Shown: positions 45,012 to 53,013 of the stretch, piece after piece | Layout of the letters: every line of letters begins with the position of its first letter | Position numbering within the stretch: the first letter of the stretch is position 1 | Source of the DNA: Candidatus Dormiibacterota bacterium | GTDB taxonomy: Bacteria; Chloroflexota; Dormibacteria; Aeolococcales; Aeolococcaceae | Assembly: GCA_036732145.1 (NCBI GenBank) | Contig: DAINCY010000005.1 | Span: forward strand, 443-64,442 | DNA: 64,000 nt | Reading direction: 5' to 3' | Notes under the pieces: model-generated | The model's input: the letters and a program-made list of their open reading frames with translations, nothing else | Told to the model about the DNA's origin: nothing | The model's database searches: none | Position numbers and translations under genes: made by a program

Positions 45012-46382
45012 TCAGGATTCGACAAGATCCCTGGCGAACTCTCGGAAGTTGTCGATGTAGCGGCGCACGTCGGCCTCGCTGTGCTGCACGGAGAGCGTCC
45101 AGTTCTCCTCCGCTCCAGGCGCCATGAGCACGCCGCGATTGCTCTGGTAGAGCCAGGAAAGATACGGAACCGCCTTGTCGATGTCGAGGTAGTCGCGGTA
45201 ATTGCGCACACGGTCCTTGCGGTACGTGACGCAGCCACGCGCCGCCAGCGTGAGCACGTGGAAGGGCAGCTCGTGCTCAGCGATGACTCCGTCCAGACCA
45301 CCCTGCAACTCCTCCGCCATGGCGTCGAAGTGCGAGTACGCGGCAGGCGTCAGCACCTCGAACAGCGTGGCGTGGGCCGCGGCGATCGTCAGCGGGTTGC
45401 CGTTGAAGGTGCCCATCTGCGCCACCCGGCCATCGGTGATCGCGGCCATGACGTCCTCGCGACCGCCGATGGCGCCGCACGGGAGGCCGCCGCCGATCGC
45501 CTTCGCCAAGCAGATGATGTCCGGGACCACCCCAAAGCGTTCGGTTGCCCCGCCGGCCGAGATCGTCACTCCCGTCTTGACCTCGTCGAAGATCAGCAGC
45601 GCGTTGTGGCGGTGCGCGATGTCGCGGACCCCGCCGAGGTAGCCCTCGTCGGGTAGCACGATGCCGATATTCATCATCACCGGCTCGACCACGACGGCGG
45701 CAATGTCGTCGTGGGCGGCGAACGCGCGCTCGACGGCTTCGAGATCGTTGAAGGGCACGACCGTCACCAGGTCGACATTGGCCTGGGGAATGCCCTCGCA
45801 GTAGCGAACCGAGTTGGGTTGATCGACGGGACCCATCAGATCACGGGCCGGCTCAACGCTGACGAGCAATGAATCATGGTGGCCGTGGTACGACGCCTCG
45901 ATCTTCACCAGACGGTCTTTTCCCGTGAAGCCGCGCGCCAGCCGCACCGCGTCGAGCGTTGACTCGGTGCCGCTGTTGGTGTATCTCCACTGCGGCTGGG
46001 AGAACCGCCGCGACAGTTCCTCCGCGACGGCGGCATCCTCGGCCACCGGCTGGGCAAAATGCGAGCCGCGCGACATGCGGTCGTTGACAGCGGCAACGAC
46101 CGCGGGATGCGCATGACCCACCACCATCACCCCGAAGCCATTGTGGAAGTCGGCGTACTCGTTGCCGTCGACGTCCCACACACGGCTGCCCTGGCCGCGG
46201 TCGATAAAGACAGGTTGCGGCGGCGTGTCCTGGAAGGACGACGGCACACCGCGCGGCATGGCCCTCGTCGCCTCCTGCCACAGCTGCCGTGACTTCTGGC
46301 GCTTGGCGAGGAACTCCTGCTCTTCGCGCTTGGTCAGCTCGGCGACACGGCTGCCGTCGATACGATGAAGGACCGTGCTCAC
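45012..46382 (-). CDS. class III (omega-type) PLP aminotransferase, glutamate-1-semialdehyde aminomutase-like
   Basis: 456 aa with DVDGNEYADFHNGFGVMVVGHAHP, LIFDEVKTG and the PLP-lysine region. 4-nt overlap with the upstream gene. Confidence 0.85.
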   Translation of the reverse strand: MSTVLHRIDGSRVAELTKREEQEFLAKRQKSRQLWQEATRAMPRGVPSSFQDTPPQPVFIDRGQGSRVWDVDGNEYADFHNGFGVMVVGHAHPAVVAAVNDRMSRGSHFAQPVAEDAAVAEELSRRFSQPQWRYTNSGTESTLDAVRLARGFTGKDRLVKIEASYHGHHDSLLVSVEPARDLMGPVDQPNSVRYCEGIPQANVDLVTVVPFNDLEAVERAFAAHDDIAAVVVEPVMMNIGIVLPDEGYLGGVRDIAHRHNALLIFDEVKTGVTISAGGATERFGVVPDIICLAKAIGGGLPCGAIGGREDVMAAITDGRVAQMGTFNGNPLTIAAAHATLFEVLTPAAYSHFDAMAEELQGGLDGVIAEHELPFHVLTLAARGCVTYRKDRVRNYRDYLDIDKAVPYLSWLYQSNRGVLMAPGAEENWTLSVQHSEADVRRYIDNFREFARDLVES

Positions 46383-47731
46383 GATGGGCCCGTGGCCATG
46401 CTATCCCCTACGGTGGCGGCCGCGATGGCGACCGTGTCTGTCGGCTCGGATGCCGCGTGAACGGCGGCATCGTCGAGTGCGTCGGCGAGAAGATCGAGGC
46501 CCCGGTCGAGGAGCTCTCGGTCGATGTTGAGCGCGCAGTGCAGTCGCAACACATTGTCGTCGACTCCGGCGCGCATTGTCAGGAGCCGTCGCTTCGCACA
46601 CGCGGCCTGCACGGCGGCAGCGACCGCCGTGGCCGGACCGCCCGCGTCGTCATGGAACTCGACGGCGACCATGGCGCCCAGCCCGCGGACCTCGGCGCGC
46701 AAACCGGCGGCCTCCACGGCGGCATCGAGGCGGGTCCGAGCGTGCGCGCCGACCGCTCTGGCCCCTTCCAGCAGCGTTTCATCCGCGAAGAGATCACAGA
46801 TGGCAAGGGCCGCGGCGCACGACACCGGGTTGCCTGCGTAGGTGCCGCCGAGCACACCGGGGCCGGGCGCATCCATCACCGCGGCGCGGCCGGCCACAGC
46901 GGCGAGCGGCATCCCGCCGGCGATGGACTTGCCAAGCACGACGATGTCGGGTCGCACCCCGGTGTGCTCGCAGGCAAACAAGCGCCCGGTGCGGCCGAAG
47001 CCGGTCTGGACCTCGTCGGCAATGAGCAACGCACCGGCGGCGCGGGTAAGTCGCGCCACGTCGGGCAGGAACGACTCCTCGGGGATGACGAAACCTCCCT
47101 CGCCGAGCACGGGTTCGACGATGACGGCCGCCACCTGCTCGCCCTCAGCCGCGAGCAGATCGCGCAACGGCCCGGTCGTTCCATAGGCGACGTGGCGCAC
47201 CTCGGCGATGAACGGCCCAATGCCGTCGCGGTAGGGTCGTTCCTTGCCCGTCAGAGAAAGCGCCATCCAGGTGCGTCCGTGGAAGGCTGCGTTGAAACCG
47301 ACGATGAGCGGACGGCCGGTGGCGGCGCGAGCGATCTTCACGGCGTTCTCGACCGCCTCGGCGCCGGTGCTGCAGAGCATCACCTTGACCGGGGCCTCCA
47401 CGGGCACCATCTCGCTGAGGCGGGCGGCGAGCCGCAGATACGGCTCGTGCCAGGCCACATGGCTGCAGGTGTGCAGAAGGCGCTCTGCCTGGGCGGTGAT
47501 GGCAGCCACCACAGCGGGGTGGCCGGCGCCCGCGTTGAGGGTGCCGATGCCACCGGTGAAGTCGATCCACTCCGTACCGTCGACGTCAGTCCAGGTGGAC
47601 CCAGTGGCCGACGCGATCACGGGGGGGTTGGCGGTCGAGATGCCACGCGGTACCACGCGCTCGCGCAACGACCGGAGTTGGGCGTTCGAGCTCGGCCCGC
47701 CGCCCTCGGTGTCCGCGCCTGCTGGCTCCAT
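46379..47731 (-). CDS. class III PLP aminotransferase, GabT / putrescine-aminotransferase-like
   Basis: DVDGTEWIDFTGGIGTLNAGAGHP, LIADEVQTGFGRTG and VLGKSIAGGMP. The track ORF 46379..48181 was trimmed to ATG 47731. Confidence 0.85.
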   Translation of the reverse strand: MEPAGADTEGGGPSSNAQLRSLRERVVPRGISTANPPVIASATGSTWTDVDGTEWIDFTGGIGTLNAGAGHPAVVAAITAQAERLLHTCSHVAWHEPYLRLAARLSEMVPVEAPVKVMLCSTGAEAVENAVKIARAATGRPLIVGFNAAFHGRTWMALSLTGKERPYRDGIGPFIAEVRHVAYGTTGPLRDLLAAEGEQVAAVIVEPVLGEGGFVIPEESFLPDVARLTRAAGALLIADEVQTGFGRTGRLFACEHTGVRPDIVVLGKSIAGGMPLAAVAGRAAVMDAPGPGVLGGTYAGNPVSCAAALAICDLFADETLLEGARAVGAHARTRLDAAVEAAGLRAEVRGLGAMVAVEFHDDAGGPATAVAAAVQAACAKRRLLTMRAGVDDNVLRLHCALNIDRELLDRGLDLLADALDDAAVHAASEPTDTVAIAAATVGDSMATGPS

Positions 47732-47760
47732 GCACCCGACCTCCGACGCGCCCACATGCC

Positions 47761-47777
47761 TTGCAGAACATCTGCAA
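47761..47777. promoter_or_regulatory. perfect inverted repeat TTGCAGA-aca-TCTGCAA; candidate operator
   Basis: Read directly. It lies in the 87-nt divergent region between the aminotransferase operon (start 47731) and the regulator (start 47819). Confidence 0.4.
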
Positions 47778-47818
47778 AGAACGCTGCACACCCTAGCGGC
47801 GGGTGGTAGGCTCGTCAA

Positions 47819-48670
47819 GTGGGTCCAGGTTTGGTGGGAGAGGGCGTGAGCGCCGAACCGGCGGGGCGCTACTCGGTGGGTGAGGTGGCCCGGATGGTGG
47901 GCATCAGCGCGTCGACGCTGCGCGCCTGGGAGCAGCACGGGCTGCTGGGGTCGTCGCGCACCTCGGCGGGCTGGCGGCGCTATGACGCCGTTGACGTGAC
48001 CCGCGCACGAGAGGTGCATCGTCTCCGCAAGGTGGAGGGGCTGGCCGTCCATGCGATTCGCCGCCGACTCCGCGACGCGCCGGCGCGGGCGCGCTCGCGG
48101 TCCCGCACCCCCACCCCGAAGACGTCCTCCCCCACCATCAACCTCGGCGCCCGGCTGCGCGAGAAGCGAATCGAACGCCACATGTCGCTGCGCGCCCTCG
48201 CCACCGCTGCGGGCGTGTCGCCGTCACTCGTCTCCGGCGTGGAACGTGGTGTCGTGCAGCCCTCGGTCGCGTCGCTACAGAAGCTCAATGCAGCGTTGGG
48301 CACGAGTGTTGCGGCGCTGCTGGGCGCAGCGGCACCGGCATGCCGGCCGCTCGGCGGCGAGGTGATACCGCTCGATCTCCCCATCCCGGGTGTGCGCATC
48401 GACGATCTCTCAGGCACAGCCCAGCTGCTCGAGCCGCAGCGATTCATCGTCGAGCCCGGATACGGCAGCGGCGGTGAATACGCGCACGACGGTGAGGAAT
48501 TCCTCTACGTCATCGACGGCACGCTGTCGATCACGCTGGACGGACACGAACAGTTCGACATACCGGCCGGCACGTCGCTGTGCTTCGAATCGACACGTCG
48601 ACATCGCTGGTGGAACCCGGGCCCGGTGGTGACCCGGGTGCTCTGGATCAACACGCCGCGTACCTTTTGA
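47819..48670 (+). CDS. three-domain regulator: MerR-type HTH + XRE (Cro/C1) HTH + C-terminal cupin (PuuR-like core)
   Basis: The MerR HTH is YSVGEVARMVGISASTLRAWEQHGLL..RRYDAVDV. The XRE HTH is LGARLREKRIERHMSLRALATAAGVSPSLVSGVERG. The cupin is HDGEEFLYVIDGTLSITLDGHEQFDIPAGTSLCF. Confidence 0.8.
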   Translation: MGPGLVGEGVSAEPAGRYSVGEVARMVGISASTLRAWEQHGLLGSSRTSAGWRRYDAVDVTRAREVHRLRKVEGLAVHAIRRRLRDAPARARSRSRTPTPKTSSPTINLGARLREKRIERHMSLRALATAAGVSPSLVSGVERGVVQPSVASLQKLNAALGTSVAALLGAAAPACRPLGGEVIPLDLPIPGVRIDDLSGTAQLLEPQRFIVEPGYGSGGEYAHDGEEFLYVIDGTLSITLDGHEQFDIPAGTSLCFESTRRHRWWNPGPVVTRVLWINTPRTF

Positions 48671-48701
48671 CGCGGTCACCTCACATATCGGGGGTCTTGA
48701 C

Positions 48702-50141
48702 ATGGCTGTGATCGTCGAACCGGTGCGCAATGTGGTTGGCGGTGAATCGGTGGCGGCGCGCGGCGAGCGCACCTTCCCGCTGGTGGATCCTTCGACTGGA
48801 GACGTGTTCGCTCACTCGCCGCTGTCCACGGCCGAGGACGTCGATGCCGCCTACCGGGCTGCGCTGGACGCCTTCCCGGGCTGGCGCGACGCCACACCGA
48901 AGGAGCGCAGCCTGGCGATGCTGCGCTTCGCGGACATCCTCGAGGCCCACGGCCGCGAGCTGGTGGAACTGGAGTGCCGCAACACCGGCAAGCCGATCGG
49001 TCTGACCGAAAGCGAAGAGCTGCCCCAGCTGTACGACACGCTCCGATTCATGGCGGGCGCCGCGCGGTGCCTCGAGGGCAGCGCCTCGACCGAATACATG
49101 GCCGGGCATACCAGCTGGATCCGTCGAGAGCCGGTCGGCGTGTGCGGTCAGGTGACTCCCTGGAACTACCCGATGCTGATGGCAGCCTGGAAGTTCGCGC
49201 CGGCGATCGCGGCAGGCAATACCGTCGTGCTGAAGCCATCAGAGACAACGCCCCTCACCACCGTCCGCATCGCCGAACTCGCCCGCGAGGTGCTCCCGCC
49301 CGGCGTCCTCAACGTGGTCTGCGGGGACCGCACCACCGGGGCGGCGGTCGTGTCCCACCGCATCCCCGCGATGGTGTCGATCACAGGCAGCGTCCGCGCC
49401 GGACGTGAGGTTGCACAGGCGGCGGCAGTCGATCTCAAGCGCGTGCATCTCGAACTCGGGGGCAAGGCGCCGGTCATCGTCTTCGATGACGCCGACGTCG
49501 AGGCAGCCGCCGAGGCCATCGCGGGCGCGGGCTACTTCAACGCCGGGCAGGATTGCACAGCGGCGACGCGAGTTCTCGCCGGTCCGCGGGTGCATGACGA
49601 CTTCGTGAGTGCGCTGGCGGCGCAAGCAAAGGTCACGCACACTGGTCCGCCCTCCGACGAGGACGCCGCATACGGACCGCTCAACAACCGAGACCAGCTC
49701 GCCCGGGTGCGAGGCTTCCTCGACAGGGTGCCCGGTCACGCGTCGATCGCCGCGGGCGGAGGTGCTGCGCAGGGTCCCGGGTTCTTCCAGGAGGCCACGG
49801 TGATCGCCGGGCTGCGCCAGGAGGACGACATGATCCAGGAGGAGATGTTCGGTCCCGTGATCACCGTGCAGCGGTTCACAGACGAGGATGAGGCATTGCG
49901 CTGGGCGAACGGAGTGGAGTTCGGGCTGGCGTCCAGCGTCTGGACGCGCGACCACGGGCGCGCCATGCGGATGTCGCGCCTGCTCGACTTCGGCTGTGTC
50001 TGGATCAACACCCACATCCCGCTGGTGTCAGAGATGCCGCACGGCGGCTTCAAGCACTCCGGATACGGCAAGGACCTGTCGATGTACGGCTTCGCGGACT
50101 ACACCCGAATCAAGCACGTCATGTCGAACATCGAGGGGTGA
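48702..50141 (+). CDS. NAD(P)-dependent aldehyde dehydrogenase (gamma-aminobutyraldehyde dehydrogenase-like)
   Basis: 479 aa with VTPWNYP, catalytic Glu (LELGGKAP), catalytic Cys (GQDCTAATR) and EEMFGPV. Confidence 0.9.
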   Translation: MAVIVEPVRNVVGGESVAARGERTFPLVDPSTGDVFAHSPLSTAEDVDAAYRAALDAFPGWRDATPKERSLAMLRFADILEAHGRELVELECRNTGKPIGLTESEELPQLYDTLRFMAGAARCLEGSASTEYMAGHTSWIRREPVGVCGQVTPWNYPMLMAAWKFAPAIAAGNTVVLKPSETTPLTTVRIAELAREVLPPGVLNVVCGDRTTGAAVVSHRIPAMVSITGSVRAGREVAQAAAVDLKRVHLELGGKAPVIVFDDADVEAAAEAIAGAGYFNAGQDCTAATRVLAGPRVHDDFVSALAAQAKVTHTGPPSDEDAAYGPLNNRDQLARVRGFLDRVPGHASIAAGGGAAQGPGFFQEATVIAGLRQEDDMIQEEMFGPVITVQRFTDEDEALRWANGVEFGLASSVWTRDHGRAMRMSRLLDFGCVWINTHIPLVSEMPHGGFKHSGYGKDLSMYGFADYTRIKHVMSNIEG

Positions 50142-51529
50142 TCGCCGCCGGCCCACGGCGGTATCGTCGGCTCAGCCTGTGGCTCGACACAGTGGACGAC
50201 GACCTCTCACCGCGACCAGCCCTCGACGGCGACTGCGAGGTCGATGTCGCCATCGTGGGCGCCGGGTACACGGGCCTGTGGACCGCGTATGCCCTGATGC
50301 AACGGGATCCGAGCCTGCGGGTCGTGCTGCTCGAGCGCGAGATTGCCGGGTTCGGGGCGAGCGGGCGCAACGGTGGCTGGTGCAGCGACCTCTTTCCCGT
50401 GTCGTGGGACCGCGTGGTCCGCGAGCACGGCCTGGACACCGCCCGAGGGATGCATGGCGCGCTCGTTGAGGGAATCGACGACGTCGCCGCCACCATGGCG
50501 CGCGAGCACATAGACGCCGACATGATCAAGGGTGGTTGCCTGACGCTGGCGATGACCGCTCTGCAGGAGTCGGAGCTGCGCGCTGAGACCGCCAAGACGC
50601 AAGCGCGCGATGGGGCCGACCTCGCGGCGCGCTGGCTCGACGCCGAGCAGGCATCTCAGCGCGTGCGCGTGCCGGGATGTCGAGGGGCTCGGTACACGCC
50701 GCATTGCGCGCGCCTTCATCCCGGCAAACTGGTGCGCGGACTGTCACGCGCGGTGGAGCGAGCCGGCGCGCGCATCCTCGAACGGACCGCAGTTATCGAG
50801 CTGCGGCCGCACGCCGCGGTGACGGCACGGGGCACCGTTCATGCGCGGACCGTCGTCCGCGCCACCGAGGCCTACACCCCGGACCTGCGCGGCCAGCATC
50901 GTGCGCTCCTCCCCCTGTACTCGTTGATGATCGCGACCGCGCCGCTCCCCGATGCGGCCTGGGCAGAGATCGGTTGGTCGCGCGGAGAGACGCTCAACGA
51001 CGGCCGGCACCTGATCATCTACGCACAGCGCACTGCCGACGGGCGGATCGCTTTCGGCGGTCGCGGCGCGCCGTATCACTTCGGTTCGCGCGTCTCCGAA
51101 GGCTTCGACCGTGATCCCGGCGTCTTCCGCGCGCTCGAAGAAGCGCTCCACGACTTGATACCTCAGACGCGCGATGTGGCGATCACGCACCGCTGGGGCG
51201 GCCCGATCGGGGTCGCCAGGGACTGGTATCCCTCGGTGACCATCGACCGCGAACGAGGCATCGCCGCAGCGGGCGGGTACGTCGGCGACGGCGTCACCGC
51301 CAGCAACGTCGCCGGACGGACGCTGGCCGACCTCATCCTCTCGCGCGACACGGAGTTGACGCGCCTGCCCTGGGTCCAGCATCGCTCCCGGCGGTGGGAG
51401 CCGGAGCCACTTCGATGGCTTGCCGTCAACCTCAGTGTGCGCGCGATGCGGGGCGCGGACGAGGTGGAACGTCACACCGGGCAGCGGTCATGGCGCGCGC
51501 GATCGGCCACCCGCCTCCAGGGCCGCTGA
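50138..51529 (+). CDS. FAD-dependent oxidoreductase, DAO family (gamma-glutamylputrescine oxidase PuuB/OrdL-like)
   Basis: The GTG start forms a GTGA overlap with the ALDH stop. Dinucleotide motif VAIVGAGYTGLWTA, then GASGRNGG. Confidence 0.85.
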   Translation: MIAAGPRRYRRLSLWLDTVDDDLSPRPALDGDCEVDVAIVGAGYTGLWTAYALMQRDPSLRVVLLEREIAGFGASGRNGGWCSDLFPVSWDRVVREHGLDTARGMHGALVEGIDDVAATMAREHIDADMIKGGCLTLAMTALQESELRAETAKTQARDGADLAARWLDAEQASQRVRVPGCRGARYTPHCARLHPGKLVRGLSRAVERAGARILERTAVIELRPHAAVTARGTVHARTVVRATEAYTPDLRGQHRALLPLYSLMIATAPLPDAAWAEIGWSRGETLNDGRHLIIYAQRTADGRIAFGGRGAPYHFGSRVSEGFDRDPGVFRALEEALHDLIPQTRDVAITHRWGGPIGVARDWYPSVTIDRERGIAAAGGYVGDGVTASNVAGRTLADLILSRDTELTRLPWVQHRSRRWEPEPLRWLAVNLSVRAMRGADEVERHTGQRSWRARSATRLQGR

Positions 51530-51548
51530 ACTCACGGTTGGGCCGGCG
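51530..51548 (+). repeat. left copy of perfect 19-bp direct repeat ACTCACGGTTGGGCCGGCG
   Basis: Read directly. It begins 1 nt after the oxidoreductase stop and ends 8 nt before the arsR stop codon. An identical copy sits at 52933-52951. Confidence 0.9.
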
Positions 51549-51556
51549 CTCGCCTA

Positions 51557-51898
51557 CTACAACGTGGCCAGGACGGCCTCGGCGAGAGCCGGAAGCCGCG
51601 GCGCCAGTGCGTAGAAGGCCCAAATGCCATGCTTGGAGCTGGTGACCAGGCCCGCCTCGCGCAACCTGGCGAGATGATGGCTGACGGTTGGTTGGCCCAC
51701 GTCGAACGCGGCGGTGAAGTCGCAGACGCAGATGGGGTCGTCGGTCTTGGTCAGCATGGCCAGCATCTGCAGGCGGGTGGGATCGGCGAGCGCTCGGAGA
51801 AGCGCCGCGGCGTCGTCGACCACATGGCCGGGCAGTGGGTCGGCGAGCTCTTGGCAGCAGCCCTTCACACGAGTGGCTGCCATCTGCAGCTCAGTCAT
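51557..51898 (-). CDS. arsR: ArsR/SmtB family metalloregulator
   Basis: LADPTRLQMLAML, the metal(loid) site ICVCDF, and the recognition helix QPTVSHHLARLREAGLV. Confidence 0.85.
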   Translation of the reverse strand: MTELQMAATRVKGCCQELADPLPGHVVDDAAALLRALADPTRLQMLAMLTKTDDPICVCDFTAAFDVGQPTVSHHLARLREAGLVTSSKHGIWAFYALAPRLPALAEAVLATL

Positions 51899-51916
51899 GG
51901 TCGTCCATGTCCTTCA

Positions 51917-51982
51917 TGATATCCATTGACAGCCATCGATGGGACTCGGTACCATCCCCTCATTCAATCGACATTCATCGAT
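51917..51982. promoter_or_regulatory. arsR / cadI divergent control region with candidate promoter and dyads
   Basis: -35 TTGACA (51926-51931), 18-nt spacer, -10 TACCAT (51950-51955). A 10-bp palindrome CCATCGATGG (51933-51942) sits inside the spacer. ATCGA-cattca-TCGAT (51967-51982) and the direct repeat CATTCA(A)TCGA are also present. Confidence 0.4.
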
Positions 51983-51996
51983 AGGAGGCACCCACG

Positions 51997-52044
51997 ATGA
52001 CCTGCGACTGCCCTTGTCCCTGCGTGGCCGGTTCGACGGTCTAG
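51997..52044 (+). CDS. candidate 15-aa Cys-rich mini-ORF (MTCDCPCPCVAGSTV) translationally coupled to cadI/arsI
   Basis: A perfect AGGAGG (51983-51988) lies 8 nt before the ATG. The TAG stop ends 2 nt before the cadI/arsI GTG (52047), which has no good SD of its own. Confidence 0.4.
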   Translation: MTCDCPCPCVAGSTV

Positions 52045-52046
52045 CT

Positions 52047-52505
52047 GTGTCCCGCGTCCAACTCGCCATCAACGTGACCGACATGGAAGCGGCCGTCACC
52101 TTCTATACGAAGCTCTTCCAGGCCGAGCCTGCCAAGCGGCGCCCCGGGTACGCCAACTTCGCCATCACCGAGCCCCCACTGAAACTGGTGCTGATCGAGA
52201 CCGAGGGGGCGGGTGCGACCCTCAATCATCTCGGAGTCGAGGTCTCCTCGACGGCGGAGGTGGTCGCAACCACGCGGCGGCTGGCAGATGCCGGCCTCGA
52301 GACTGAGGTCGAGGACGGTGTCGAATGCTGCTACGCGCTCCAGGACAAGGTCTGGGTCAGCGATCCCGACGGCGCACCATGGGAGGTGTACACCGTGCTC
52401 GGGGACACCGACGCGCCCCACGGATCGACGTTGCGGGGGGACACCAGCTGCGGGGCAGGCGCCTGCGCACCAGACACCGTGGCAGCCGCGGGTTCGTGCT
52501 GCTAA
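52047..52505 (+). CDS. ArsI/CadI family glyoxalase-fold metalloenzyme (C-As lyase / cadmium-induced protein family)
   Basis: VSRVQLAINVTDMEAAVTFYTKLFQAEPAKRRPGYANFAI...LNHLGVEV...CCYALQDKVWVSDPDGAPWEVYTV. This parallels mycobacterial CadI from its first residues. It has a vicinal CC pair and a Cys-rich tail. The track ORF 51939.. was trimmed to GTG 52047. Confidence 0.85.
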   Translation: MSRVQLAINVTDMEAAVTFYTKLFQAEPAKRRPGYANFAITEPPLKLVLIETEGAGATLNHLGVEVSSTAEVVATTRRLADAGLETEVEDGVECCYALQDKVWVSDPDGAPWEVYTVLGDTDAPHGSTLRGDTSCGAGACAPDTVAAAGSCC

Positions 52506-52513
52506 CACGCCTC

Positions 52514-52921
52514 ATGACTGTACGGCGACTTCCTCGAGCTCTCTTCGTCTGTGTTCGGAACGCGGGGCGTTCACAGATGGCACAGGCTTTCTGGGAGGAG
52601 CTCGGAGGCGAGGCCCGGTCGGCGGGATCGCAGCCGGCCGCTCACGTGCACCCGGAGGTGGTGGCCGCGATGCGCGAAGTGGGCGTCGACCTCTCCGACC
52701 GCACGCCGCGCGGCCTGACCGACGCCGATGCCACTTGGGCGGAGGTCGTCGTCACCATGGGCTGCGGCGACGCGTGTCCCTTCATCCCCGGCAGGCAATA
52801 CCTCGATTGGGACCTCGACGATCCCGCAGGTCACGATGTCGCCGCGGTGCGGGCGATTCGCGACGAGATACGGCGGCGAGTCGCCGCCCTTGGTGAGTCC
52901 GCCGTCACCGGTGGAACCTAG
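52514..52921 (+). CDS. arsC: arsenate reductase, low-molecular-weight phosphatase (LMW-PTP) family
   Basis: P-loop FVCVRNAGRSQMA (CxxNxxRS), plus downstream GCGDACP and DWDLDDP. The track ORF 52325.. was trimmed to ATG 52514. Confidence 0.85.
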   Translation: MTVRRLPRALFVCVRNAGRSQMAQAFWEELGGEARSAGSQPAAHVHPEVVAAMREVGVDLSDRTPRGLTDADATWAEVVVTMGCGDACPFIPGRQYLDWDLDDPAGHDVAAVRAIRDEIRRRVAALGESAVTGGT

Positions 52922-52932
52922 AACGCATCGGG

Positions 52933-52951
52933 ACTCACGGTTGGGCCGGCG
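52933..52951 (+). repeat. right copy of perfect 19-bp direct repeat ACTCACGGTTGGGCCGGCG
   Basis: Read directly. It starts 11 nt after the arsC stop and is identical to 51530-51548. Confidence 0.9.
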
Positions 52952-52980
52952 GACCATCCGCGCGGCGACCGTCGACCCGA

Positions 52981-53000
52981 GCCTGGTGCTGTCACCAGGC
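52981..53000. terminator. perfect hairpin GCCTGGTG-ctgt-CACCAGGC between convergent genes
   Basis: 8-bp stem and 4-nt loop. It lies 60 nt after the arsC stop and 13 nt after the stop of the minus-strand propeller gene. No U-tract. Confidence 0.5.
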
Positions 53001-53013
53001 CCGGGTCCCAACA

